A stretch of DNA of 64,000 nt, from positions 1,922,001-1,986,000 of the forward strand of contig OZ024743.1 of NCBI GenBank assembly GCA_964016885.1. The letters run 5' to 3'. Of the stretch, positions 40,665 to 52,319 are shown in pieces. The notes beneath the pieces are model-generated. The model saw nothing but the letters and a program-made list of their open reading frames with translations. It searched no databases and was not told the DNA's origin. Position numbers and translations under genes: made by a program. Position 1 is the first letter of the stretch. The number at the start of each line of letters is the position of its first letter. The stretch is from Eledone cirrhosa (Eukaryota).

Positions 40665-41105
40665 TCATCATCATTTTACGTCCGCTTTTCCCTGCTTGCA
40701 AGGGTTGGACGGGTCCTATTCAGCACAGCATCTCTCCACTTGTCACGGTCCTTCGTCATCTCCTCGGTGAGATTTGAGGTCTGCTCTCACCACCTCCGCC
40801 CATGTTTTTCGTGGTCTACCTCTACTGCGTCTTCCTTCTACTGGGATTTCTTGGCACTTCTTTAGCCGGCGGTCATCCTACATTCGCATCACATGTCCAT
40901 ACCATCTCAGCCTTCTCTCCTGCACACCACAACTTATCCCTCTTATACCCAGTTTCTTTCTCAACTCGTCTATGCTTGGTCGTTCACGCACTTTGGCATT
41001 GCACATCCAATGGAGCATGCTTGCTTCATTTCTCTCTAGCCGTCGCATATCTTCTGCAGTTGCTGCCCATGTCTCACTACCATGCAGCATCACGGATCTC
41101 ACATG
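40665..41105 (-). mobile_element. RTE LINE 3' end fragment
   Basis: VMLHGSETW...RRLRWYGHVMRM and the same 3' tail as 1548-1985. Confidence 0.9.
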
Positions 41106-42277
41106 TGTGTATGTATGAATCTGTGTGTGTGTGTATAATTGTGAACCTGGTGGTGGGGATAGAGGTGGTAGTAGTTGTTTGGGCGGAAATTTCATTGAGA
41201 TGAAAGAAGTTTTGCCAGTCAGTGTGGGTGTGTATGTGTAACAACAACAACACAAACACCGCCACCACTCCCAACAACACCGCCAATCCAAACAATACCA
41301 GCAAAAACTAAAACATGATTTATTATTCTGTGAAGAAATTAAATATTTTGATCAGAACAATGTGAAATATATGTATGTGTGTACTTGTATATCGTAATTT
41401 CTATGTCTATATTTATGAGAAAGAAGGATAGAGAATCAACAGATCATGTATATAAATAGCTATTCAGTTTCATATATACACACCCACCCAAAAATTAAAA
41501 CTTAACCCTATCAATTCTTCTACAAATTGATGAATCCTGTCTTATCTAAGTGACAATCATATTTAAACAATAAAATACAACCCCAAACCTTGAAAATACC
41601 TAACCTGTTGCAGTAATTATGTCACATGAAATATCTTTCTTTTAACAGCATACACTTAGCACTGACTGAGACCGAACCAGCCTTAACAAGGCATAAATTC
41701 AATGACAGTTTTATCAAACGACAACATTTCCGGATAAAAGGGAAACAACACCAATAATTTTATTAAAATATTGTAGAGTAATCTCCCTTTGCTAATTGGA
41801 ATGCTGCATAAACAGATTTGTAGTCTTATGTAAACACACAAACACTATACACAATAACATATATGTATATATGTAGATATACATATAGATATACATACAC
41901 GTGTATACATACATACATATATAGATATATGTACACATAAGTATATACATACATGACAATATACTATACCCCCACGACTCACGGGTACATCAAAACTAAA
42001 GCGCAACTATTTCAACGCTGGCAATCTAGTTCAACTTATCAGAGCTACAAGTCAAAATGTCAGAGTAAAAAGAAAAAAAAAATGAAGCTTTTTAAACAAA
42101 CGAGTTTTAGGAAATATATAAAATATAACCGGTGGCAATGTAATCCATCTTAGCAATTAATTATTATTGAAATTATATTTTAAAAACAAATAGATATTTA
42201 GTGCTCAATGTCTGTTCATGTGAGTGAGAGAGTGTATGTGTGTGTTTTCTTCTTTCATTTTTTCACAAATTATTATC

Positions 42278-43870
42278 CGATAGAGGGACCAGCTATTCAC
42301 AAAGACGAATATAGGGTTAGGGCATCAAAAGTAGCTACTAAACTGGTTGCACGCATCGTCAATCAAGTTATATATATGGCTGAGTCATACCCAAAGACTG
42401 GTGCAGCAGTATTCTTATAAATTGCGACAAAGGTAGAAAGGGATGCTCTAGAAATGAGCAATTATAGGGGCATCAAACTGATGGATCAGGTTATGAAAGT
42501 GACAGAAAGAATACTATTGCAACTAATTAGAGAAAGGGCCAAACTAAATGAGATGCAGTTTGGTTTTATGCCTGGGAAAAGTACAACAGATGCCCTCTTC
42601 TTAGTGATACAACTACAAGAGAGGTTCATTAGAGAAAAATAAGCCACTATACTTAGCTTTTGATGACTTAGAGGAGGTCTTTGATAGTGTACCACGATCT
42701 GTCATCTGGTGGTCTCTAAGGAAAATAGGTGTAGAGGAATGGCTTGTGAGGACAGTGCAAGCTAAGTACAGAGGTTCTGTCAGTAAAGTGAGAGAAGTAA
42801 TGGAGTTTAATGAGGAATTCCAGATACAAGTAGGAGTGCATCAGGGCTCTGTCCTCAGCCAGATCTTGTTCATTATAATTCTCCAAGCCATAACACGAGT
42901 TTAAGACTGACTGCCCATGGGAACTTCTCTAGGCTGACGATCTGGTACTTATAGCAGATTCAGTAGAGGAACTAGAGAAGAAATTCTGTCTATGGAAAAA
43001 TCAGTTGGAATCAAGAGGACTGAGAGTGAACCTAGCTAAGACAAAAGTATTGATAAGTAGAGAAGAGGACAAAACTCTGATTCCATCAGGGAAATGGTCA
43101 TGTTCAATATGTAGAAAAGGAGTTGGGATAAATTCTATAAAATGTACACAATGCAGATCCTGGGTACACAAGAGATGTAGTGGGATAGCAGGCAAACTAA
43201 CAAGTAGAGAGAAATACGTATGCAGTAGTTGTACAGAACTTGACAGTAGAAGACGCAGTGATAGACACATTTACCACATGAAGGTGGGTTCTATAGAAGT
43301 GGGTGATAGCTTCCGCTACCGAGGTGATCTGATTAGAATGGGAGGGGTGTTCCGAGACCATAATATCTAGAATAAGGACAGGTCGGAAGAAATTTAGTGA
43401 GCTGCTTCCTCTGTTGACAAAGAAGGATTTCTCCCTGCGTACGAAAGGATGGTTATATGATGATTGTGTGAGATTCGCGATGCTGCATGATAGTGAGACT
43501 TGGGCAGCAACTGCAGAGGATATGCGATGGCTGGAGAGAAATGAACGACTAGGCATGGAGGACTTCAGGGAGAAACTGTTTAACTGGGATAAGTTGTAGT
43601 GTGCAGGAGAGAAGACTGTGTTGGTATAGACATGTGATGCGCATGGAGGATGACACCTAGGTAAAGAAGTGCCAAGATATCCCAGTAGAAGGACAACGCA
43701 GTAGAGGAAGACCACGAAAAATACGGGCGGAGCTGGTGTGAGCAGACCTCAAATCTCTAAAGCTCAATGAGGAGATGACGAAGGACCGTGACAAGTGGAG
43801 AGATACTGTGCTCAATAGGTTCGTCCCACCCTTGCAAGCAAGGAAAAGCGGACGTAAAGTGATGAAGATA
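42278..43870 (+). pseudogene. RTE LINE RT plus PHD-like finger plus 3' end, degenerate
   Basis: NYRGIKL, QFGFMPG, GVHQGSVLS, ELL*ADD (YADD with stop), CSICRKGVG...VHKRC motifs, and the 3' tail. Confidence 0.92.
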
Positions 43871-44809
43871 AGACTTGTTGAAATTTAAACATCAACTAGG
43901 TATATATGTATGCATGTGTGTGCAGCTATCCATCTATTTGTGTGTGCTTGTGTTCCTTTTCACTTATATGTGCATCTGTATATGCTTAGTATTTAGATGC
44001 ACATCATCTCCAATGTTTCAAATATTTTTTATCATACTTACATCGATTATACTTCGAATTACAAATATAGTCGTCTTCTTTCTATTTCTCTAAAGCAAAG
44101 CTTCACAACTAATATGAACGTATAGTCAGGGTCGACCATGTGCAAATGTTTCCTTATTTCTGCATAGAGAGTAATATAGATAAACAAATTATATTATCTT
44201 CACCAACAAACGCTATATTGTCTCTCACTTTCAAGGATACGCTTTTGCAATAAAACAACAGGAAATAAAGACAAACTATCTGATTCCCTAATATATAATA
44301 TTATATTGGTTTCTGCTTGGCAGCGAATTCCAACTGCTGAGCGTCGTCTGTTATGCTTCCGATTCATTGCTTTTCACCGGAACAATCCACAACTACTCTT
44401 TCTATGTCTTAAAACGTTTGCTGTAACTCCCAATGTTTACTCTCGGGGATGACCTTTCTAGGGATTGCATTCTTCACTCTTTTCGCCACATCTTTCCACA
44501 GTTTCTTCACATCGGTCACATCTTCAATGTTCAATCTGCACAATTTCCACTTCTTTTCACATCTAGGTCTTTTGTGTACATCCCTATCTATTCTGTGACT
44601 CAGTTAGTCTTAGTTTCAAGTTCTTATATTGTAAAATAATCTTTCAACATGGGAGAAAATATAGCACTTGTTGCTGAAGATAGACTTTTATCATCTATAT
44701 TATTCTCACTCTCCAGCTTCCAGGTAACATATCCATGCATAATATTTGTGTGTGTGTCGTAATTTGTCTATATTTGAGAAAAGGATAATGATAAAAAGAT
44801 ATATACAGG

Positions 44810-45110
44810 GAGGAGGAGAGTGACTTGGTGGTGGAACAATATGGTAGATGAGGCAGTTAAGGTTAAGAGACAGGCATGGAAAGAATGGAAGAACAGGGCA
44901 CATTACAGAGAGACCAGGAGGGAAGCTAGGCGACAAGTATACTTAGCTAGAAGGGAGGCAGAGGATAGGAAATTCAAGCATGTTTTGCAACACGAGGAAC
45001 AGAAACAGGAGGTGTTCCAGATTACGAGGCAGTGTGTCAGAGAGAATTGTGATGTCATTGGAGAGAAGTGTTTCCAGAATGATAAAGGTGAGCTTGCATT
45101 CACAAGTGCC
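44810..45110 (+). pseudogene. RTE linker-region fragment
   Basis: TWWWNNMVDEAVKVKRQAWKEW...VYLARREAE. Confidence 0.8.
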
Positions 45111-45169
45111 CTATCCATATAGGAGGTAGCAGAGCGGAAGCCAAACAACATAGGCCAGTCTCCCTGACG

Positions 45170-46570
45170 TCACATATCAGTAAGGTCATGGAACGAATCG
45201 TCAGAAAGAATCTGATCACTTTCCTCGAGGAAAATGACTGCCTGACTAACACGCAGCATGGCTTTTACCCAGGAAGAAGCTGCCTTACACAGCTGCTACA
45301 TCATTAAGACTGGGTACTGAAACAACTACTTGACAGCTCACATGTGGACATGATATATCTGGACTTTGCGAAGGACTTTGACAAAGTCGACGACGGAATG
45401 ATATGTCACAAACTACACGGACTCACCATAACTAGAAAAGTAGGTGAGTGGCTGCACGACTTCTTAAAGGGGAGAAGCCAGACAGTCGCAGCAAACGGGG
45501 GCCCTCTCAAAGGAATTATCAATAACAAGTGGGGTTCCCCAAGGCACAGTCCTGGGACCACTACTGTTTTTGGTGGCTCTCTCAGACATACCCTCTGTAG
45601 TACATACAACAACATCCCTCACTAGCTATGCTGATGACACTAAGGTAGCACAGGCAATCAAAAACCCAGCTGACTCTGCCCTTTTACAACAAGGGCTGTA
45701 TGCCATATACAAATGGGCAAAAGACAACAACATGCAGTTTAATGCTGGCAAATTCCAAACGCTACGCAATTCCTGCAAACACAAATACAGTACAACACAG
45801 TTACACCGGACCAGGAGGGACTGATATCCCTGGGTAAAAATCGATATGAGCGATGATGCATCTTTTTCCTCTCACATCATGAAAGTGGCGACAATGTGCA
45901 GACGACTCGCTGGCTGGATCTTGAAGACTTTCCGGAGAAGAGACCGAGACACCATGTTGACACTATGGAGGACATTTGTCCTAAGCCGCCTGGACTATTG
46001 CTCCCAGTTGTGGTCACCCCATAGTGTCAAACTAACCACGGAGCTTGAGGCAATCCAGCGAAGCTACACCAAGAGGATTGTGACTATGAAGGAGATAAGC
46101 TACTGGGCGAGGCTAAAAGAACTGAACCTCTACTCCTTGGAATGAAGACGGGAGAGATACGCAGTGATCTACATGTGGAAAATCCTGGAGGGACTAGCAC
46201 CAAACTTTGGCATTGGCAGCTGGACCAACCGCCGAACAGGACGTCATTGTGTGGTGCCAAAGATCCTGTCTTCCATATCTAGAATAAGGAGCAGATATTG
46301 CAAAAGTCTGGGGTTCAAGGACCCTCAACTCTTCAACAAGCTGCCAAGGGATCTGAGAGATCTGCATGGTGTGGATGTCTTCAAGAAACATGTCGACACC
46401 TTGCTATACAAGATCCTAGATGAGCCCACAGCAAGGCACGAGGGAAACCTAAGGGCAGCAGCAATGAACTCCCTGTTGCACCAGTGGTCAACCAATACAG
46501 GCTGGAGATTAAATGTGTAGCAACAAGGGCGGTGCCCCAGAATAGCCTCAGCCGGATGGCTGGAACAGGT
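45170..46570 (+). pseudogene. CR1-group LINE reverse-transcriptase remnant with 3' end
   Basis: QHGF, DMIYLDFAKDFDKVD, GVPQGTVLGP, SYADDTK, SRLDYCSQLWSP, LEAIQR, LNLYSLE motifs. Frameshifted. Confidence 0.9.
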
Positions 46571-46592
46571 AAAAAGAGTATATATACATATT

Positions 46593-46631
<39 letters not shown>

Positions 46632-46634
<3 letters not shown>

Positions 46635-47003
46635 AAGTGTTAAAACGATCAAATTTTAGTTTAGAACATTTATTTGCTGACAATTGTTTCTTCCAGAAAC
46701 ATGTTACTAAAATCCTATCATTCGGAACATTTAAGATACATAATTGTTATTAGTGTCAAAGGCATCATGTGGAGAATCAGGAGTTAAAAAGATGTTCTGC
46801 TTGAAAACACAATTACAGGCAGCACTTGTTGGAAGTGTAATAGGTATAAGTAAAAAGCACAAGCAAAAAAATCACAGGCATAAAAGTTATAAGCAATGTT
46901 TCAACATTCCTTATGCTCCGATGATTCCAGACTTCCCTCTGGAAGAAACAATTGTCAGCAAATAAATGTTCTAAAGTAAAATTTGATCATTTTAACACTT
47001 TGT
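46632..47003 (+). mobile_element. Penelope-like non-autonomous element with a 66-bp inverted terminal copy
   Basis: 46632-46697 is the reverse complement of 46938-47003 with 2 mismatches. The right arm overlaps a hammerhead motif and AATAAA. Confidence 0.7.
46903..46970 (+). ncRNA. Type I hammerhead ribozyme, U4C core variant; predicted cleavage after 46956
   Basis: UGCU CCGAUGA UUCCAGA cuuccc UCUGGAA GAAAC AAUU GUC AGCA. Stem II is a perfect 7 bp, stem III is palindromic, and stem I extends through AACAU/AUGUU. Confidence 0.75.
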
Positions 47004-47357
47004 ATCTCGGTTCTGTAAAACACTTGAAAACTTGCATTGAGCCTTTTGTCATACCGGTAACCTTCCAGATCATTATATGGAAGGTCATCTTCAGAGGCTA
47101 AGAGAAAGAAAATACAGCGATCTGAAGAAAGTGAAGAAGTTTGGCATGCCCGTCTAGCTGCTAACAGAGCCCAAACAGCTTTAGCAAGAGCACACAGTTT
47201 GGATGAAAGGGAACAAAGGACTGCTGCTACTCGAGAACAACAAATTAAGGAACAACAGCAAATCAGACGAAATGCTAATCAAGCACATCGTTTTACTGCC
47301 TGAGCAGGAGAACAAGCCACAAGTAGAATAAACTGGCTGATGGGGGCTTTTTCTGAT

Positions 47358-47429
47358 GGGGTTATGTTAGCCATCCGCGGCCGAAACAAAGAGGAGCCCT
47401 TGCATTCTCGTCCATGAGGTGAATTTGTC
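47358..47429 (-). mobile_element. Extreme 5' end of the main RTE family
   Basis: Same sequence as 59380-59453 and 62097-62170, where it lies directly upstream of the RTE ORF start. Confidence 0.75.
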
Positions 47430-47430
47430 T

Positions 47431-48126
47431 TTATGTATGTATATATATATATATATATATATGTATGCATGTATGTGTATGTATGTGTGTGTATGTATGT
47501 ATATGCATGTATGTGTATGTATGTATGTATGTGCATGTATGTGTATGTATGTATGTATATGCATGTATGTATGTATATGCATGTATGTATGTATATGCAT
47601 GTATGTGTATGTATGTATGTATATGCATGTATGTGTATGTATGTATGTATATGCATGTATGTGTATGTATGTATGTATATGTATATATGTATGTGTATAT
47701 ATGTGTATATGTATGTATGCATATATGTGTGTATGTATATATGTGTGTATATGTGTGTATGTATGTATATGTGTGTATGTATGTATATGTGTGTATGTAT
47801 GTATATGTGTATGTATGTATATGTGTATGTATGTATATGTGTATGTATGTATATGTGTATGTATGTATATGTGTATGTATGTATATGTGTGTATGTATGT
47901 ATGTGTGTATGTATGTATATGTGTGTATGTATATATATATATATATGTGTGTGTGTGTATGTATATATATATGTATGTGTGTGTGTGTATGTATATATAT
48001 ATGTATGTGTGTGTGTGTATGTATATATATATGTATGTGTGTGTATATATGTATGTGTATATATATATGTGTATATGTATGTGTATATATGTATGTATGT
48101 GTATATATATATTTGTATATATATAT
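47431..48126. repeat. Compound (TA)/(TATG)/(TG) microsatellite
   Basis: Seen directly. Similar tracts lie at 48736-49177, 53980-54275, 59455-59900 and 62172-62672. Confidence 0.97.
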
Positions 48127-48735
48127 GTCAGGTCACCACTTGGTGCTACTGGTAACATGTATCCCAGTACAACCTGTCTCATGGTCGGGTCGTTGGCGAC
48201 TAAACTGGCAACCCCACCAAGGTTTCTTGGTGAGGAGGGTGACTTTGGACATCCTGCAGGACTAAAAACAAAACCTGTCAAAGGGCAAAGGAGCTCTTAA
48301 GAGTCAATGGCCATCCAAAATCACTGGGAGAGATGACCCCTTAGCCTTTGTCAAGGCAGAATTCTAGGAGAAGGAAAACTCTGATATAACACCTGCAACC
48401 CTGATGGTATCCAATTATGTTGACTTGTTCTTCTTTTTGGTAAATATCATCTTGGTTAAGAGAGTGGGACTGGCTTTGTGCAGTGCCTTTGCTCACTATA
48501 AAAGCTTCATGGCACGGGCATTGCTTTGTATCTGGAGATCTCTCTGCACTTGTCGTCACATGGTACCAAAGGCAAAGCACTATGTGTCAATAATTGTCAC
48601 AAGTGTAGTGTTTGTACCAGAGTTTTCAAGTCGCTGGCTGGACTAAAAAGTCACACTCGTTCAGCGCATCGGTAGGGGTTCTCCTACATGGATATAAAGT
48701 AGTGGCCGTACTCGAAAACGAGTTGGCAGCCACCA
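48127..48735 (+). mobile_element. Bipartite non-autonomous RTE-derived element (copy 2)
   Basis: Same element and ends as 897-1501. Confidence 0.75.
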
Positions 48736-48816
48736 TATATATATGTATGTGTATATATATATGTATGTATATATATGTGTGTATATATATATGTATGTGT
48801 ATATATATATGTATGT

Positions 48817-48848
<32 letters not shown>

Positions 48849-49177
48849 GTATATATATATGTATGTGTATATATATATGTATGTGTATATATGTATGTAT
48901 GTGTATATATGTGTGTGTATGTATGTATGTATATGTATATATGTATGTATGTATATGTATATATACTTATGTATATGTGTATATGCTTATGTATGCGTAT
49001 GTATGTATATGTATATTATGTATATATATATGTATGTATGTATGTGTATGTATATGTGTATGTATGTATGTATGTATGTATGTATGTATGTATGTATGTA
49101 TGTATGTATGTATGTATGTGTATATATGTATGTATATGTATGTATGTATGTATATGTATGTGTATGTATATGTATAT

Positions 49178-49320
49178 GGAGGCACATGGCTTAGTGGTTA
49201 GAGCATTGGCCTAGCAATCAAAAGGTTGTGAGTTCAATTCTCAGACCGGGTGATGTGTTGTTTCCTTGAGCAAGACACTTTATTTCACATTGCTCCAGTT
49301 TACTCAGCTGTAGAAATGAG
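49178..49320 (+). mobile_element. tRNA-derived SINE head and body
   Basis: Box A tggcttagtgg, box B gagttcaattc, and body gtgttgtttccttgagcaagacactt. A paralogue lies at 62674-62815. Confidence 0.85.
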
Positions 49321-49357
49321 ATGATAGGGACTGGGGTCCATATCATTCCACTGCAAA

Positions 49358-49522
49358 GTGGTCGTGGAGGTGCCACGGCAAAAAAGCACCCAGCACTCAC
49401 TGTAAATGAGGTTGGTGTTAGGAAGGGCATCCAGCTGTAGAAATCAAGCCAGAATCAGTTCCCGTCCCACCCTTGCAAGCAGGGAAAAAGCGGACTTAAA
49501 ACGAAATGATGATGATGATGAT
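49358..49522 (+). mobile_element. RTE-derived short element with (GAT)n tail
   Basis: Its 3' end ccacccttgcaagcagggaaaaagcggac matches the RTE 3' UTR seen elsewhere in the window. Confidence 0.75.
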
Positions 49523-50129
49523 GTATGTATGTGTATATGTATGTATGTATGTATATATATGTATGTGTATGAGATGCAGTTTGCTTTTGTGCCGCTGAAA
49601 AGTGCAACAGATGCCCTCTTTTTAGTGAGACAACTACAAAAGAGGTTCTTAGAGAAAAATAAGCCACTATACTTAGCTTTGGACATAGAGAAGGCTTTTG
49701 ATAGAGAACTCTTATAAATGACAACATATATATATGTGTGTGTATATATATGTTTTTTTTAAAACTATATATTTATTACTCCCTTAAGCAGAAGAAATAT
49801 ATTCCCAGATATCGAAGATTACCACAATAACTAGGGAGCGGAAGTCAATAGATGCTGGACATTGCTGCTGAGGGTAGGATGACCTGATGAGCTGGCTCCT
49901 GTGGTGGATACCTAAACATAGTAAGACCCAAGTGGGATGACTGAGGTTCACCTACATACATCAGATGTCTCTGGATCTCCAGCTGGAGATTAATGATCTC
50001 AGGAATGCCATGAAAAATCGTGACATCTAAAAAAGAAGAGTAGAATTGTTCTGGCCAATCCACCTGACCTAATAAACAATAATAATATTAATATATATTG
50101 ATGAAAATTAATTATGGTGAAATATCTTA

Positions 50130-52175
50130 GAAATCATTCTCAGAGGTTTTGTATTGTAATCCACACTTGCTCCTTGTGGCTTCTGATGCAGACATCATGT
50201 CCGCCATCAGGTCCTTCCCAGCTAGCAGCTGCGGAGATGTTGATGGTCTCTGACCAGGCCTCCTCAAGGAGTTGATATCTCCCCTCTCCGCTGAGGCCGG
50301 GCGCCGCCTTCTGAGTGCAATTGTGGCGCTCACCAATAGGCTCATCCATGGCGCCCTGGACTCTTATGCTCGAGGCCTCTTTTTTTCGGCCAGCCTCACC
50401 GCTCTCAGGAAGAAAGAGGGTGGCATACACCCCATTGCTGTGGGCAATGTCTTCCGGAGGCTGGCTGCCAAGGTAATCTGCAAGTCCGTAACACTCGGAA
50501 CCGGCATCCAGGGCCTCCAGCCACCTCATTGTCAAGTTTGACATGAGGAATGCCTTCAACTCTTTACGCTGGGATCATCTGCTCGAGGTCTGCCTCAGCC
50601 GACCCCCCTCTGCCTACCTGTCATATGGAGCCCCGAGCATGCGCCATGCTGCTGATACGGTCATACCCTTGGCTACTGGGATCCAACAGGGCGACCCTTT
50701 GGGACCCCTCCTGTTCACCCTTGGTATTGACCACATCGCCCGGAGTATAACGGCCCCTCTCAACGTTTGGTATCTGGATGATGCTACTTTGGGTGGGCCC
50801 GTACAGGCGGTCTGCCATGACCTTCAATCGGTGGTTCCTGCCCTGGCGGGAATCGACCTCCAGGTCAACTCAGCCAAGTCGGATGTGGTGAATGTCAGCC
50901 TCGATGCTGCAAGCTTTGCAGTCTCCGTCTTGGACGTGCGGTCCATTCTCCGCCAGGTTCAGGTGACCCCCAAAGAGGATGCCCTCACCGATCCACCCGC
51001 TCCACCATCAAGTCCAGACTCTCACGAGCCGACTGGGCTTGATTGACGGCCACCCAGTTCTCTTTCTGCTGAGGAACTGCTACGCCATGCCGAAGCTCCT
51101 CTATACACTCTGTGCTACACCCAGACATGTCTCCTCGCTGAGCTCGATGCTTGTATCCGAGCAGCAGCCAATGAGATATGCAACTTTACCTGTCAGGTTT
51201 GGCGGCCTTCGCCTCCAGTCCCCGATCTCACTAGCTTTGCCCGCGTATCTTTCGTCGGTAACCTAGTACCACGTCCTCCTCAGCAGGGTTCTTCAAAACA
51301 CAACAGAACCCTCTGTGTTCAGAGAACGCGTGGCCGCCTGTGAGACGTGGGACTGGCTGGGACTTAGCCCAGTAGACGTTCCTCCTCCTTCTCCCCCTGT
51401 TGACGTCAAGTCCCCCCAATACACTTGGGATGCCATCCAGTGCAGCCTGGCCTCAGACAGGCTCACGCGCCAGCTCGACCAGCACCGCCTTGTATGTTTT
51501 CGTGCGGCCTCCAAACCCCACAGTGGTGCCTGGCTCCATGCCCTGCCCTCCTTCTCCACTCGCACGCAGCTAGACAACCATAGCTTGCGCATCGGCGTTT
51601 CCCTGAGGCTCGGCCTCACACCAATGTCGCTGCCGTTCCACCATGGACTCTTTCGGCCTCCACCCGCTTTCCTGTCGCCACAGTGCCAGCCGCAATCCAC
51701 GCCATGCTGCCCTCAACGAAGTCATTAAGCATGGCTTGGACGCTGCAGGCTTCCCTTCCCAGCTCCAGGGGACGGCAAAAGGCCAGATGGCATGACCATC
51801 TTCCCGTTCCGCGGTGGCAAACCCCTCGTCTGGGATGCCACTTGCACCGACACTTTCTGCAGCTGCAACCTGGTGCAGTCTGCGACTGGCCCAGGTTCTG
51901 CTGCACATCAGGCTGAGGGGGCCAAACTCCTCACATATCGGTCGCTCTCCGACAGGTTTGCGGTCGTATCCCTGGAAGTGGAGACTTCTGGTGTCCTCGG
52001 CCCCAGGGCTACCTCTTTACTCACCACCACAGGCGCTGAGCTGGCCAGCCGCAGGTGTGAGCCCCGCGAGTTGGAGTGGCTTTTCCAGCGCGTCTCCCTT
52101 GCCGTGCTCCGAGGAAACGCCTTCTCCATTCTGTCCGCCGGGGCTGTGGGTGGGCCCCATCGCGTACCGTTATAG
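50130..52175 (+). pseudogene. CRE-clade non-LTR retrotransposon (RT plus restriction-like endonuclease), 5' truncated and frameshifted
   Basis: GGIHPIAVGNVFRRL, NAFNSL, GIQQGDPLGPLLF, WYLDDATL, LPVRFGGL, SGAWL, RPDG-MTIFP..GKPLVWDATCTDT, FQRVSLAVLRGNA motifs. Confidence 0.88.
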
Positions 52176-52319
52176 TTGTTGAAGAAGAAACAGGGAAACA
52201 ACAACTGGAATGTATACAAAACAACTAAATCTCTTAAATAACTTCACTTATATCCAAAATATGATTTGTATATACATCAACAGTGACTCATTATTATACG
52301 CCAGTCACAACCCCACTGC

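Noticed and set aside
44305-44725. Minus-strand coding-like stretch (…LNIEDVTDVKKLWKDVAKRVKNAIP…)
   Set aside because: It has multiple stops and no diagnostic motif. Possibly an old LINE linker, but it cannot be assigned from sequence alone.
47352-47435. Plus-strand hammerhead-like pattern (ctgatgg...ggccgaaacaaa...tttgtc)
   Set aside because: The core is imperfect, there is no stem I, and the 5' part is absent from the two other copies. It is the antisense of the RTE leader.
47279-49214. Long ORFs rich in Y/I/M/C/V/H/T (also at 53.9-54.4, 59.3-60.1 and 62.1-62.7 kb)
   Set aside because: They are translations of (TA)/(TATG) microsatellites, which lack stop codons in several frames. Not genes.
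49178-49250. tRNA gene
   Set aside because: Box A and box B are present but there is no cloverleaf or acceptor stem. It continues into a SINE body.
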